Assembly (NCBI GenBank): GCA_041891055.1
Contig: CP169074.1
Coordinates: 960,001 to 1,024,000, forward strand
DNA: 64,000 nucleotides
From: Halorutilales archaeon Cl-col2-1
GTDB taxonomy: Archaea; Halobacteriota; Halobacteria; Halobacteriales; Afararchaeaceae
Direction of reading: 5' to 3'
In this document: piece after piece, positions 1-9,056 of the stretch
How positions within the stretch are numbered: the first letter of the stretch is position 1
How the letters are laid out: each line of letters starts with the position of its first letter
Notes under the pieces: model-generated
Told to the model about the DNA's origin: nothing
Database searches by the model: none
What the model saw: the letters and a program-made list of their open reading frames with translations, nothing else
Position numbers and translations under genes: made by a program

Positions 1-530
1 TCGAACACCTCCTCGTCTACGTCGTGGTGGCGTCTCATCTTGTCATAGGTGTCGTCGAATAGCTCTTCAAGTACCATCTCGTGGTAGGTCGAGTAGGCTC
101 CTATGTACCACGGAGGTGTGAGTCCGATGAGGACATGCATGTAGCCTATCGCAAGACGGCTCTTGGCGTACGACTCACCGTATCCCGCTCCCCCGCCAGG
201 CTCGTAGCCGTAGTTTCCGAGACTAAGGAGATACCTCTTCTGTGTCTCTTTTAACTGGTCTACTGTCACGTCCGTGTCGGATATTACGTCAGCGGTCTCG
301 TTGTATATAAGGAGCTTGTCGTAGAACTCGTCTGCCAAGTCGTCCTGTATACGTTCGAAGACGGGCGTCATACGCATCACGCGTTTTTCGTCTTCGTCGT
401 CGAAGTCGACGTATCTCTTCCGCATCTCGATGAGATCCTCGTCGAACCCCATCTCCTCGTAGAGCCAGTCCTTGTCAAACTGTCTGGTATCAGACCGACC
501 TCCCGGTTCTGAGTCTCCGTCCCCTGACAT
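1..530 (-). CDS. Protoglobin/globin-coupled-sensor (HemAT-like) domain protein, runs off the window edge
   Basis: Not in the ORF track; translated manually from ATG 530: MSGDGDS...RKRYVDFDDED...ADEFYDKL...QLKETQKRYLLSL...YAKSRLAIGYMHVLIGLTPPWYIGAY, the sensor-globin pattern with proximal His. Confidence 0.85.
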   Translation of the reverse strand, partial: MSGDGDSEPGGRSDTRQFDKDWLYEEMGFDEDLIEMRKRYVDFDDEDEKRVMRMTPVFERIQDDLADEFYDKLLIYNETADVISDTDVTVDQLKETQKRYLLSLGNYGYEPGGGAGYGESYAKSRLAIGYMHVLIGLTPPWYIGAYSTYHEMVLEELFDDTYDKMRRHHDVDEEVF

Positions 531-581
531 GGATACAGTATAGCCTTCGCAACTTCCTTATATCTACCGGAGCCGGAAGAT

Positions 582-1034
582 TTAAGGGGAAAACCTTCCC
601 GAAATCCCCGCCTCTGAGACGACGTGTCCGTCGACAGCGTCGAGTACGTCCTCCTTCGTCGACGTCTCGGGTATGTCAAGTGTCGTGTCGACGGCGTAGA
701 TACGGATCCGGTAGCTGTGTTCGCGGTCGGGAGGATTGGGACCTCCGTATCCCCTGTCGCCGTAGTCGTTTTTCGCCTCGACACCTCCGAGAGATCCGAC
801 GTCGGCATCCTCGGATATCTCACGTGTCGAGGGATCGAGGTTCCAGACTACCCAGTGATCCCAGACCTTTCCAGCGGGCTCGACGGCGTCGGGGTCGTCG
901 ACGATCAAGACAAGAGACTCGGCTTCGTCAGGGACTTCGTCGACCTCCAGAGGAGGTGAGACGTTCCGGTTCGTGTAGCCGTACTCACGGGGTATCTCCC
1001 CACCGTCTTCGAACGCAGGGCTAGACAGCCTCAT
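582..1034 (-). CDS. YbhB/YbcL (PEBP family) protein
   Basis: LSSPAF, SPPL, DDPDA, HWVVWN, YGGPNPP, HSYRI motifs; start trimmed to ATG 1034. Confidence 0.92.
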   Translation of the reverse strand: MRLSSPAFEDGGEIPREYGYTNRNVSPPLEVDEVPDEAESLVLIVDDPDAVEPAGKVWDHWVVWNLDPSTREISEDADVGSLGGVEAKNDYGDRGYGGPNPPDREHSYRIRIYAVDTTLDIPETSTKEDVLDAVDGHVVSEAGISGRFSP

Positions 1035-1126
1035 GTCCGAGAAGATTCTCCTCGGGGAACAAAAGTCTGACCCCTGTCTTTCGGCGTGCCCTTGTGTATT
1101 AATACATAGAAGACTCATATACGTCT

Positions 1127-2383
1127 ATGTCAGACACGAAAGAGGTAGGAGTCGTAGGCGGCGGCGTCGCGGGGCTCGTGGCGGCGAGACGTCTCAGTAA
1201 GTCGGGATTCGATGTCACAGTCTACGAGAAGAACGCCGAGGTCGGTGGGCGCGTGAGATCCGAGAAACGTGACGGTTTCGTCTTCGACAGGGGATTCCAG
1301 GTCTTCTTCACCGCGTATCCCGAGGCGAGACGCCAGCTCAACTACGACAAACTCGACCTGCGTTACTTCGACCCCGGTGCCGACGTCGCACACGGCGGAC
1401 GTGTCTCGACCCTGTCTGACCCACTCCGAAAGCCCACCGATCTACTCTCGACGGCTATGAGCCGTGTCGCAACGGTGGGCGACAAGCTACGTCTGATGAG
1501 TCTGAGAGGCGGAGTCGGAAGGAAGTCACCGAGAGAGATATTCGAGGGTACCGACACGTCGATACGTGAGTACCTCGTCTCTAAGGGCTTCTCCGACTGT
1601 TTCATAGAGGCATTCGCGGAGCCGTTCTACGGCGGTATCACCCTCGACGCGTCGCTGTCGACTTCGAAGAAGGTCTTCGAGTTCACATTCAAGATGATGT
1701 CAGAGGGAAAAGTCGGGGTTCCGTCGGGTGGAATGGGAGAGATCCCTGCACAGATAGCACGGAGAGCCGAGTCGAACGATGTCGAGATCAGGAGAGGAGA
1801 CTGGGTTGAGGAGATAGGAGACGATGCGACTCTGACGGTCGACGGAGAGACTTACGAGTACGACGCAGTCGTAGTGGCGACAGATCCGAAAGAAGCGAGA
1901 CGTCTCACACGTGCCGACAACATACCTACAGAGGCGAGGTCGTGTGTGACCCAGTACTACGAACTCGAACTCTCGGAGACGGGGATGGGGAAGAGGATTC
2001 TTCTCAACGTCGATACGTCGAAGCCGAACCACGTCGTCCCTCTCTCGAACGTCGCTCCCGAGTACACTCCCGACGGAAGAGAGATGGCATCAGCTGTCTT
2101 CCTCGGCTTGCCGAACGAGGACGACGACGGTCTGAGAAGGAAGACTCAGAGCCTCCTCGAAAAACAGTACGGAGTCGGAGACCTCGAAATCTTGCACACC
2201 GACAGGATAGAGTTTGCCCAGTTCGCACAGCCGCCCGGCATACATTCACGTCTGCCGTCGAACCGTCTCTCGGAGGGGCACGACGTCTACTTAGCCGGCG
2301 AGTTCACCGAGGCGTCTTCGATAAACGCCGCGATGGCGAGCGGACGTAAGGCGGCGAAGGCTGTTACTGAGGATCTGGGCTAG
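1127..2383 (+). CDS. FAD-dependent oxidoreductase, flavin amine oxidase family
   Basis: GGGVAGL dinucleotide fold, GGRV, DRGFQV, C-terminal AGE...SINAAMASGR. Confidence 0.88.
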   Translation: MSDTKEVGVVGGGVAGLVAARRLSKSGFDVTVYEKNAEVGGRVRSEKRDGFVFDRGFQVFFTAYPEARRQLNYDKLDLRYFDPGADVAHGGRVSTLSDPLRKPTDLLSTAMSRVATVGDKLRLMSLRGGVGRKSPREIFEGTDTSIREYLVSKGFSDCFIEAFAEPFYGGITLDASLSTSKKVFEFTFKMMSEGKVGVPSGGMGEIPAQIARRAESNDVEIRRGDWVEEIGDDATLTVDGETYEYDAVVVATDPKEARRLTRADNIPTEARSCVTQYYELELSETGMGKRILLNVDTSKPNHVVPLSNVAPEYTPDGREMASAVFLGLPNEDDDGLRRKTQSLLEKQYGVGDLEILHTDRIEFAQFAQPPGIHSRLPSNRLSEGHDVYLAGEFTEASSINAAMASGRKAAKAVTEDLG

Positions 2384-2385
2384 AC

Positions 2386-2841
2386 CTAGAAGACGGAACA
2401 GGCGTCGCCGTCGCAGTCCGACGAGTAGCGGTAGTATACAAGACTCCCGAGGAGTAAGACCGAGACGATCCCCAGGAAGGGGCGGAGTGGGTCGAAGTAG
2501 GTCATTATGGCTGTGTTTGAGAAAAACGCGAGGAGTACGACGTTACAGATCGGACAGCCGAACGAGAGAAATCCGAGTGCTCCGCCTACGAAGGCGAGAC
2601 GGTCGTTAGACGTGTCTTCGGCATCGGAGGCTCCACGGGTTAGATCAGTCTGTGCGGCGTAGACGCCTATGAGAACAGAGGTGAGTGTCAGAAACGTGTA
2701 GTCGAGGGGCGTCCGCGGTACCCTGCGTATGTATATCGGGTTGGGAATCAGAGCAGTCACGACTCCGAAGACTAAGAAGAAGCCCGCTCCTACAGCCGCG
2801 GATCTGAGAAGGTTCGACATCTGAGTTCTCGACAGGTTCAT
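2386..2841 (-). CDS. Four-TM membrane protein with GCPICN (CxxC) motif
   Basis: Hydrophobic segments; CPIC within a TM region; C-terminal CxxxxC. Confidence 0.7.
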   Translation of the reverse strand: MNLSRTQMSNLLRSAAVGAGFFLVFGVVTALIPNPIYIRRVPRTPLDYTFLTLTSVLIGVYAAQTDLTRGASDAEDTSNDRLAFVGGALGFLSFGCPICNVVLLAFFSNTAIMTYFDPLRPFLGIVSVLLLGSLVYYRYSSDCDGDACSVF

Positions 2842-2922
2842 CGCACGCGACTTGGAGACTCTGGCTTAAGTGTCTACCGGCGTGACGTAAGACATATACG
2901 GCATCGTATGCTAACAGTTTAC

Positions 2923-3468
2923 ATGACTGACTTGGTGGGCTCTGAGAAACGTATCTCGGACGAGGACATTCTGGTCAGGCTCCTCCAGATGGGAGTTGTG
3001 ATAGAGGAGTACGCCGAGGAGAAGAGTGCCTTCATAAGCGGAAGATCAACTCAGAACGACTACATACAGGAGATTCTCCTCGACGCACTCGACGAGAGCC
3101 AGACACACCGTGATACCCTCATAGATCTGATAGACGAGGTTAGAACCGACGAAACCAGGATGGACGCGCGACACGTCGAGGAACTCGTGAGAGAACGCGT
3201 GGAGAGATCGATAGACGCCGAGACCGACGAGCAGGCTCTGAGGGAACAGCTCAGAAGCGAGAGGCTCGCGTACAGTTTCTACGACACACTTATAGACGCG
3301 TGTGAGAATACTAAGACATCCGAGGGAGAGACCGAAACCGGAGTCGAAGGGGATCTGGAGATGAACGACGACAAGGTACAGAAAGTGGTTTCGACTCTCA
3401 AGGAGATACGCGAGGACGAGAAAGAGGACGCCCGTAAGATAGAGAACATACTAAAGGGGGTAGCGTAA
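2923..3468 (+). CDS. Ferritin-like domain protein
   Basis: Acidic helical protein with E...ExxH (ESQTH) and E..AY.FY...E pattern; start 2908 or 2923. Confidence 0.72.
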   Translation: MTDLVGSEKRISDEDILVRLLQMGVVIEEYAEEKSAFISGRSTQNDYIQEILLDALDESQTHRDTLIDLIDEVRTDETRMDARHVEELVRERVERSIDAETDEQALREQLRSERLAYSFYDTLIDACENTKTSEGETETGVEGDLEMNDDKVQKVVSTLKEIREDEKEDARKIENILKGVA

Positions 3469-3469
3469 A

Positions 3470-3940
3470 ATGCAAGAAGGAGAACCAGAGTCAGAGATAG
3501 GCATAGACGTGGACTCAGACACAGATACGATGAGCGAAAGCACCGAGATGTACCTCAAGGAGATCTACATACTCTCGAAGGACGGCGACCCGGCGAGGAC
3601 GGGCAGAATTGCCGATCGACTCGGCGTCTCACCTCCGAGCGTGACTGAGATGCTACGGAACTTAGAGGAGGACGGGCTCGTCGAGTACGAGAAGTACAAG
3701 GGTGCGAGGCTGACTCCCGAGGGAGAGGAGAGAGCGAGGAGTCTTCTCCAGAAACACTGCCTCATAGAGAGGTTCCTCGTCAAGTTCCTCGATGTCGAGA
3801 ACGGCTTCCACGACGAAGCGTGCAGAATAGAACACGTCATGAGCGACGACGTAGCCTCCGAGCTAAGCGAACTCGTCGACCAGGAACCCGAGTGTCCCGA
3901 CTGCTACTCGGCGGAGTTACAGCACTGTGCTAAGCTTTGA
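3470..3940 (+). CDS. DtxR/MntR-family metal-dependent transcriptional regulator
   Basis: EMYLKEIY, LGVSPPSVTEML HTH, H.LIE.FL, EACRIEH metal site. Confidence 0.93.
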   Translation: MQEGEPESEIGIDVDSDTDTMSESTEMYLKEIYILSKDGDPARTGRIADRLGVSPPSVTEMLRNLEEDGLVEYEKYKGARLTPEGEERARSLLQKHCLIERFLVKFLDVENGFHDEACRIEHVMSDDVASELSELVDQEPECPDCYSAELQHCAKL

Positions 3941-3985
3941 ATAAAATAAACGCGAGTCGTAGTCTTACTCTATTCTACTCTACTA

Positions 3986-5173
3986 TCAGTCGTCAGCGAC
4001 CATGCTTTCCTCGGTCGCGGCACAGCGGTTGGGACCTAGTTCGAGTTCGTCTTCCTCGGCTTTGTCCTCAGGCTCGTAGTCGCCGCTGTTGGTGGCGATG
4101 ACCTTCTCGTAGTTGGGGGGCTTCGAGGGTATGTTGTCGAACATGTAATCGACGAACTCGTCCTCGTCCATCTGGAGCGCTCTGTTGTTCTGTCTGAGGT
4201 AACCGACAGTCGTCATCATAGGTGTACCAGGTGTGACGTCGATGAACTCGCCGTCGTCTGTGACCGAGAAATGTCCCGGGAGTATCTTGACTGTGTCGGG
4301 CTCCGAGAGTATCTTGTCGTGGAGGGTGTCGTACTGCATCTCGGCACCTCCCTTTGCCTCGTCTCCCGCGAACTGAAGCTCTGTGCGTCCTATCGACTCG
4401 ACGAAGACTGTGTCTCCCGTCGTCAGAGCCTCGTCGTTGATGAGGTACGACGTCATTCCCGTCGTGTGCCCGGGCGTCGGGATCGCCTTGATGTCGACGT
4501 TCTCTCCGACTTCGAGTACCTCGTTCTGGTCTAAGCCGTCGAAGTCGTAGTCGGGGTCTCTCGTTCTCGCCCTCTCACCTAAGTGGTACGGAACACCGAG
4601 CTCGTCGGCGAGTCTACGTCCTCCCGAGATATGGTCGGCGTGGATATGTGTGTCTAAGACGTGGGTAATCTTGTAGCCGTACTCCGACGCAGTATCACGG
4701 AACTTCTTCGTCGCACGTGTGACGTCTATCGCCGCAGCCTCCCCGGTCGCCTTGTCACCGACTATGTATCCGAGGCATCCCTTCGATCTCCTCTGAAGCT
4801 GTATGATCTCTATCTCGTCGCTCTGTGTGGCGATAGGCACGACGTCGTAGACCATACTCCACGCTTCCATGCCGCCCTCGACGCTCTTTACGTCGTCGTA
4901 TCCCTCTCCTTCGAGATACTCGGCGAAGTCCTTCGACGACTTGCCCTTCGCACAGACTGTGACTACCTCGGTGTCCTCGTCTATGCCGTACTCGTCGACG
5001 ACGTCTTCCCAGTCACCTCTGAGTTCGTCGTCGGAGTGGGAGTACTCGACGTTGACCGCGCCGCCGATGTGCCAGTTCTCGTAGTCCTCCTGGTTCCTCG
5101 TGTCTACGAGAACGTAGTCGTCGTCACTGTCCTGCTTGTCTCTGAGTTCCTCTACGGTTATCATCTGTGTCAT
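3986..5173 (-). CDS. Rhodanese-MBL-fold fusion (persulfide dioxygenase-like, YrkH/Blh type)
   Basis: N-terminal rhodanese (HIGGA, VCAKG), HIHADHISG, TPGHT, GDT.F...GR, C-terminal GPNRCA; start trimmed to ATG 5173. Confidence 0.88.
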   Translation of the reverse strand: MTQMITVEELRDKQDSDDDYVLVDTRNQEDYENWHIGGAVNVEYSHSDDELRGDWEDVVDEYGIDEDTEVVTVCAKGKSSKDFAEYLEGEGYDDVKSVEGGMEAWSMVYDVVPIATQSDEIEIIQLQRRSKGCLGYIVGDKATGEAAAIDVTRATKKFRDTASEYGYKITHVLDTHIHADHISGGRRLADELGVPYHLGERARTRDPDYDFDGLDQNEVLEVGENVDIKAIPTPGHTTGMTSYLINDEALTTGDTVFVESIGRTELQFAGDEAKGGAEMQYDTLHDKILSEPDTVKILPGHFSVTDDGEFIDVTPGTPMMTTVGYLRQNNRALQMDEDEFVDYMFDNIPSKPPNYEKVIATNSGDYEPEDKAEEDELELGPNRCAATEESMVADD

Positions 5174-5411
5174 GGTTGAGACCACATCCAAATAATAGAG
5201 CCTAATATATAAGGGTTGCGCGGGCTGGTTCCCGAACAAAACAGTATAGCAGAAATACTCCCCGAGATTAAAATTATATAGGAAAGTCATGCCTATTTGG
5301 GAGACAAGTTTGGATTAAACGGCTATATACCGGTTAGTATTGCCTCGTTCATACTCGACGTGGACAGAAATATATACATCCAGAAGTATTATGTGTACGG
5401 GGGGAACTCAA

Positions 5412-6494
5412 ATGTCATCCGAATCCGAGGCTATCGACGGACTTCCACCAAGCGCCAAGCTCGTGTACAAGACCCTCGAATACAACGGTCAGATGAACCA
5501 GAAAGATCTCAGTGACGAGTCACGTCTGTCTCCTCGGACGGTGAGATACGCCATAGAACGTCTCAGAGAAGAGGATCTGATACACGAGACACCCTCGCTC
5601 GACGACGGCAGATGCAGTTTCTACAGCCTCAAGAGGAGTCTGAGCTCAAAGGGCGAGTACTCCAAGGATGTCGTAGTCGACGCCGACTGTGTGAATGACA
5701 GGATCGACGAAATACGTGACGGAAGTTCGTCAGTTCGTCTCGTCGAGGCTAACTTTGAGAGCGACTCGTATGACGACGGACATATACCCGGCGCTGTCGA
5801 GCTTACGTGGGAGGAGTTCCAGGACTCGACGAGGAGGGGGCTTCCGTCGAAGGAGAAGTTCGAGAGTCTCGTGGGGAACCTAGGTATCATCGACGACTCG
5901 ACAGTCATCCTCTACGGCGACTCGTCGAACCGTTTCGCCGCTTACGTCTACTGGGCATTCAGGTACTACGGACACGACGATGTCTATCTGCTCGATGGGG
6001 GTAAGAGATACTGGGTAGAGGAATCGTACCCGATCTCTTCCGACGACGAGGGCTTCGAGACGCGTGACTACTCCTCAGAGGGCTCGTTCAAGAACATACG
6101 TGCCTACCGAGAGGAGATCAGGAATGCTTTCAACTCCGAGACAGTCATACTCGACGTCAGAAACAGGGACGAGTTCACGGGCGAGGAGGTTCCCGACGAC
6201 AAGGCAGCCGTCGGAGGACATATCCCCGACGCCATAAACCTCCCCTGGCACAGAAACATCGACGACGACGGTACTTTCAAGGACAGGGACGAGCTTGAGG
6301 AGATATACTCCGAGGAGATGTCGAGAACTAACAGGGTGATCGTCTACTGTAACGTCGGCGAAAGGTCGGCACTTTCGTGGTTCGTCCTGTCGGAGCTACT
6401 CGGCTACAGCTACGTCTCGAACTACGACGGCTCTTGGACTGAGTGGGGTAACCTCGTCGACGCCCCCATCGAGACCGGAAGCGGGCATAGATGA
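5412..6494 (+). CDS. Winged-HTH fused to two-domain thiosulfate sulfurtransferase
   Basis: N-terminal LPPSAKLV...LSPRTVRYAIERL HTH; then GHIPGA, GHIPDA, YCNVGERS active-site Cys, YDGSWTEWG. Confidence 0.88.
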   Translation: MSSESEAIDGLPPSAKLVYKTLEYNGQMNQKDLSDESRLSPRTVRYAIERLREEDLIHETPSLDDGRCSFYSLKRSLSSKGEYSKDVVVDADCVNDRIDEIRDGSSSVRLVEANFESDSYDDGHIPGAVELTWEEFQDSTRRGLPSKEKFESLVGNLGIIDDSTVILYGDSSNRFAAYVYWAFRYYGHDDVYLLDGGKRYWVEESYPISSDDEGFETRDYSSEGSFKNIRAYREEIRNAFNSETVILDVRNRDEFTGEEVPDDKAAVGGHIPDAINLPWHRNIDDDGTFKDRDELEEIYSEEMSRTNRVIVYCNVGERSALSWFVLSELLGYSYVSNYDGSWTEWGNLVDAPIETGSGHR

Positions 6495-6541
6495 GATTTA
6501 CTTGCATTTCTTGCCTATATATCACATACATACGGTATGGT

Positions 6542-6558
6542 GTGGCAGGTATTGCCAC
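6542..6558. promoter_or_regulatory. Inverted repeat GTGGCA-N5-TGCCAC upstream of sqr, candidate operator
   Basis: Perfect 6-bp arms in the AT-rich intergenic region about 30 nt before the sqr start. Confidence 0.35.
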
Positions 6559-6590
6559 GACCTAAGTTTTGATTAGGGGCTGATAACAAT

Positions 6591-7763
6591 ATGACGGACA
6601 TGGATAGGATAGCAATCCTAGGTGCCGGCTCAGGCGGTGCGATGACAGCGAATCTCCTGCGCCGTAAGTTGGATCGTGACGAGGCAGAGATTACAGTTAT
6701 AGACAAGAGTGACGAACATTTCTACCAGCCGTCGTTCTATCTCATCCCGTTCGGGTATATGTATCCCGAGGATCAGCACAGACCCATGGATGAGATACTC
6801 AACGACGAGATCGAGTTCGTCCACGACGAAGTAACGGGGGTAGATCCCGATGCAGAGGTCGTCGAGTGTGCGGGAACCGAGGTGGATTACGACTACCTTA
6901 TAGTCTCGACGGGACACACACTCGAAGAGGAAACAACTCCGGGAATGAAGGAAGGATGGGAAGAGACCGACTCGGTCTATCCCTACTACAACTTCGAAGC
7001 AGCAGTCGAGATGCAGGACGCGGTAGAGGACTTCGACGGAGGTACTTTCCTCGTCACAGTCCCCGACACACCCATAAAGTGTGGAGGTGCGCCCCTCAAG
7101 ATGACGATGCTCGCCGAGGACTACATGGACAGAAAGGGCATACGTGACGACTGTGAGTTCATTATGGCGAAGCCCTCGGGTGCGGTCTTCGGTGTCGAGC
7201 CCTACAAGCAGAAGCTCGAAGAGATCTGGGACAACCGCGACATACAGTTCGAGGCGAACTTCTCCGTCGAGGAGGTCGACTACGAGAACCAGGTCGTGAA
7301 GTCGGACGACGGAAGGGAGATAGAGTACGACCTCTACGCTCCCGTCTCGCCCCAGTTCGGAGTCGACGCTATCACTGAGGAATCGCCCCTCACGAACGGC
7401 GGCGAGTACGTTGACTCCGACAAGTACACGATGCAGCACAACGAATACGACAACGTCTTCGCGATAGGAGACGGCTCTCCCGCGGGTGCCGCGAAGACCG
7501 CCGCCGCGGCGCGTAAGGAGTCACACGTAGCTGTCAAGAACCTCATAGCCGAGATGAACGACGAGCCGATGAGGGCGGAGTACGACGGATACGCCGCGTG
7601 TCCTCTTCTCACGGGCAAGAACAAGGCGATGGTCGCCGAGTTCAGCTACGACGAGAGCATCTCAGCCCCCATAGAGACTAGGATGAACTGGATAATGGAC
7701 ATAAACGTGATCCCACCGATGTACTGGGACATGTGGATGAGGGGCTACGACCCCGTACCATAG
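6591..7763 (+). CDS. sqr: Sulfide:quinone oxidoreductase (type II-like)
   Basis: GAGSGG, YQP, PIKCGGAP and YDGYAACP catalytic-Cys motifs. Confidence 0.85.
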   Translation: MTDMDRIAILGAGSGGAMTANLLRRKLDRDEAEITVIDKSDEHFYQPSFYLIPFGYMYPEDQHRPMDEILNDEIEFVHDEVTGVDPDAEVVECAGTEVDYDYLIVSTGHTLEEETTPGMKEGWEETDSVYPYYNFEAAVEMQDAVEDFDGGTFLVTVPDTPIKCGGAPLKMTMLAEDYMDRKGIRDDCEFIMAKPSGAVFGVEPYKQKLEEIWDNRDIQFEANFSVEEVDYENQVVKSDDGREIEYDLYAPVSPQFGVDAITEESPLTNGGEYVDSDKYTMQHNEYDNVFAIGDGSPAGAAKTAAAARKESHVAVKNLIAEMNDEPMRAEYDGYAACPLLTGKNKAMVAEFSYDESISAPIETRMNWIMDINVIPPMYWDMWMRGYDPVP

Positions 7764-7772
7764 GTGGAAAAT

Positions 7773-8864
7773 ATGTCAGGCGAAGAATCCGAATCGGCAT
7801 CCGACATGGAAGATCTACTGCAGGAGAACGGCACGGCTGAACTCGTCGAAAAGCTCGACGAGAGCTCCGAGGACATCGTAGAGCTCATAGAGCTACTTCA
7901 GGTCGTTCAGGATCTGAGTGAAGACCTGACTCCCGAGGTAAAGGAGGTCGTATACGAGAACAGGGAGGAGATTGAGTCTCTACGTTCCGCCTTCGAGAAG
8001 GAGGAGACTCTGGTTCTCCTCAAGAAGCTCGGCGAGAACTCCGACAACGTCGTCGAGATGCTCGACATGCTCGACGCCGCACAGGAGTTCAGCGAGGATC
8101 TCACACCCGAGGTCAAGAAGGTCGTATACGAAAACCGTGAGGTCATAGAAGACCTCCGGTCTTCCTTCGAGAAGGAAGAGACCCTGGTTCTCCTCCAGAA
8201 GCTCGGCGAGAACTCCGACAACGTCATCGAGATGCTCGATATGCTCGATGCCGGAAAGGATTTCGCCGAGGATCTGGCTCCCGAGGTCAAGAAGGTCGTA
8301 TACGAGAACAGGGAAGAGATCGAGAAACTCCGATCCGCCTTCGAGAAGGAAGAGACTCTTGTCCTCCTCCAGAAGCTCGGCGAAAACACCGACAACGTCA
8401 TCGAGATGCTCGACATGCTCGATGCCGCACAGGCATTCGCCGAGGATCTCACACCCGAAGTCAAGAAGGTCGTATACGAAAACCGAGAGGTCATAGAAGA
8501 CCTGAGAGAGTCTCTCGAAAAGGAGGAGACTATAGAGCTCCTCAAGAAGCTCGGCGAGAACACCGAGGGTGTCCTGATGACTATGGAGCTTCTCGACGGG
8601 CTCCACGACGCGAGTCAGGAGATAGACGCCGAGATGTACGAGATAGGAGAGACGCTCGGGCAGCTCTTCATACTCCTCGACACCTTCAAGGATCCCGCGA
8701 CAGTCGAGTCGTTCAACAACGCGTTACAGGTCTTCGCAGAGCCCGAGGAGAAACAGAAGGACTACCGTCTGAGTGTCCTCGGACTACTCAAGCTGCCGTT
8801 CGACAAGGAAGTGCGTCAGGCACTCGGTCTCTTCGTGGAGGCTGCGAGACGTATGGTGAGATAA
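7773..8864 (+). CDS. DUF1641-like protein with tandem 58-aa repeats
   Basis: C-terminal SVLGLLKLPFDKEVRQALG; directly follows sqr; AGGTGG SD before ATG 7773. Confidence 0.75.
   Translation: MSGEESESASDMEDLLQENGTAELVEKLDESSEDIVELIELLQVVQDLSEDLTPEVKEVVYENREEIESLRSAFEKEETLVLLKKLGENSDNVVEMLDMLDAAQEFSEDLTPEVKKVVYENREVIEDLRSSFEKEETLVLLQKLGENSDNVIEMLDMLDAGKDFAEDLAPEVKKVVYENREEIEKLRSAFEKEETLVLLQKLGENTDNVIEMLDMLDAAQAFAEDLTPEVKKVVYENREVIEDLRESLEKEETIELLKKLGENTEGVLMTMELLDGLHDASQEIDAEMYEIGETLGQLFILLDTFKDPATVESFNNALQVFAEPEEKQKDYRLSVLGLLKLPFDKEVRQALGLFVEAARRMVR
7851..8570 (+). repeat. 174-nt tandem repeat, about 4 copies, inside the DUF1641 gene
   Basis: AAGCTCGGCGA recurs at 8025, 8199, 8373, 8547; degenerate copy at 7851. 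Confidence 0.95.
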
Positions 8865-8882
8865 CCCGAATCCGAATCCGAG

Positions 8883-9005
8883 TTAGTCGTCTTTTTCTTT
8901 CGAGGGAGGGAACAGAAGCGGCTTGACTACCGAGTAGAGTATAGCCAGCCCTCCGAGTACGAGAAGCGCCACGAACACCCAGAAGACGGTCTGTCTCGCG
9001 TCCAT
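8883..9005 (-). CDS. 40-aa single-TM small protein
   Basis: Manual translation MDARQTVFWVFVALLVLGGLAILYSVVKPLLFPPSKEKDD; fills the intergenic gap; below the ORF-track cutoff. Confidence 0.6.
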   Translation of the reverse strand: MDARQTVFWVFVALLVLGGLAILYSVVKPLLFPPSKEKDD

Positions 9006-9056
9006 GGCCTGTGTGTAGTTCAACAGAGGTTAGTATTTACGGTGAGTATCTGAGGT

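Noticed and set aside
6630-8606. Long antisense ORFs over sqr and DUF1641 (similarly 20460-21209 over csg)
   Set aside because: Shadow frames of acidic-codon-biased genes, with no motifs
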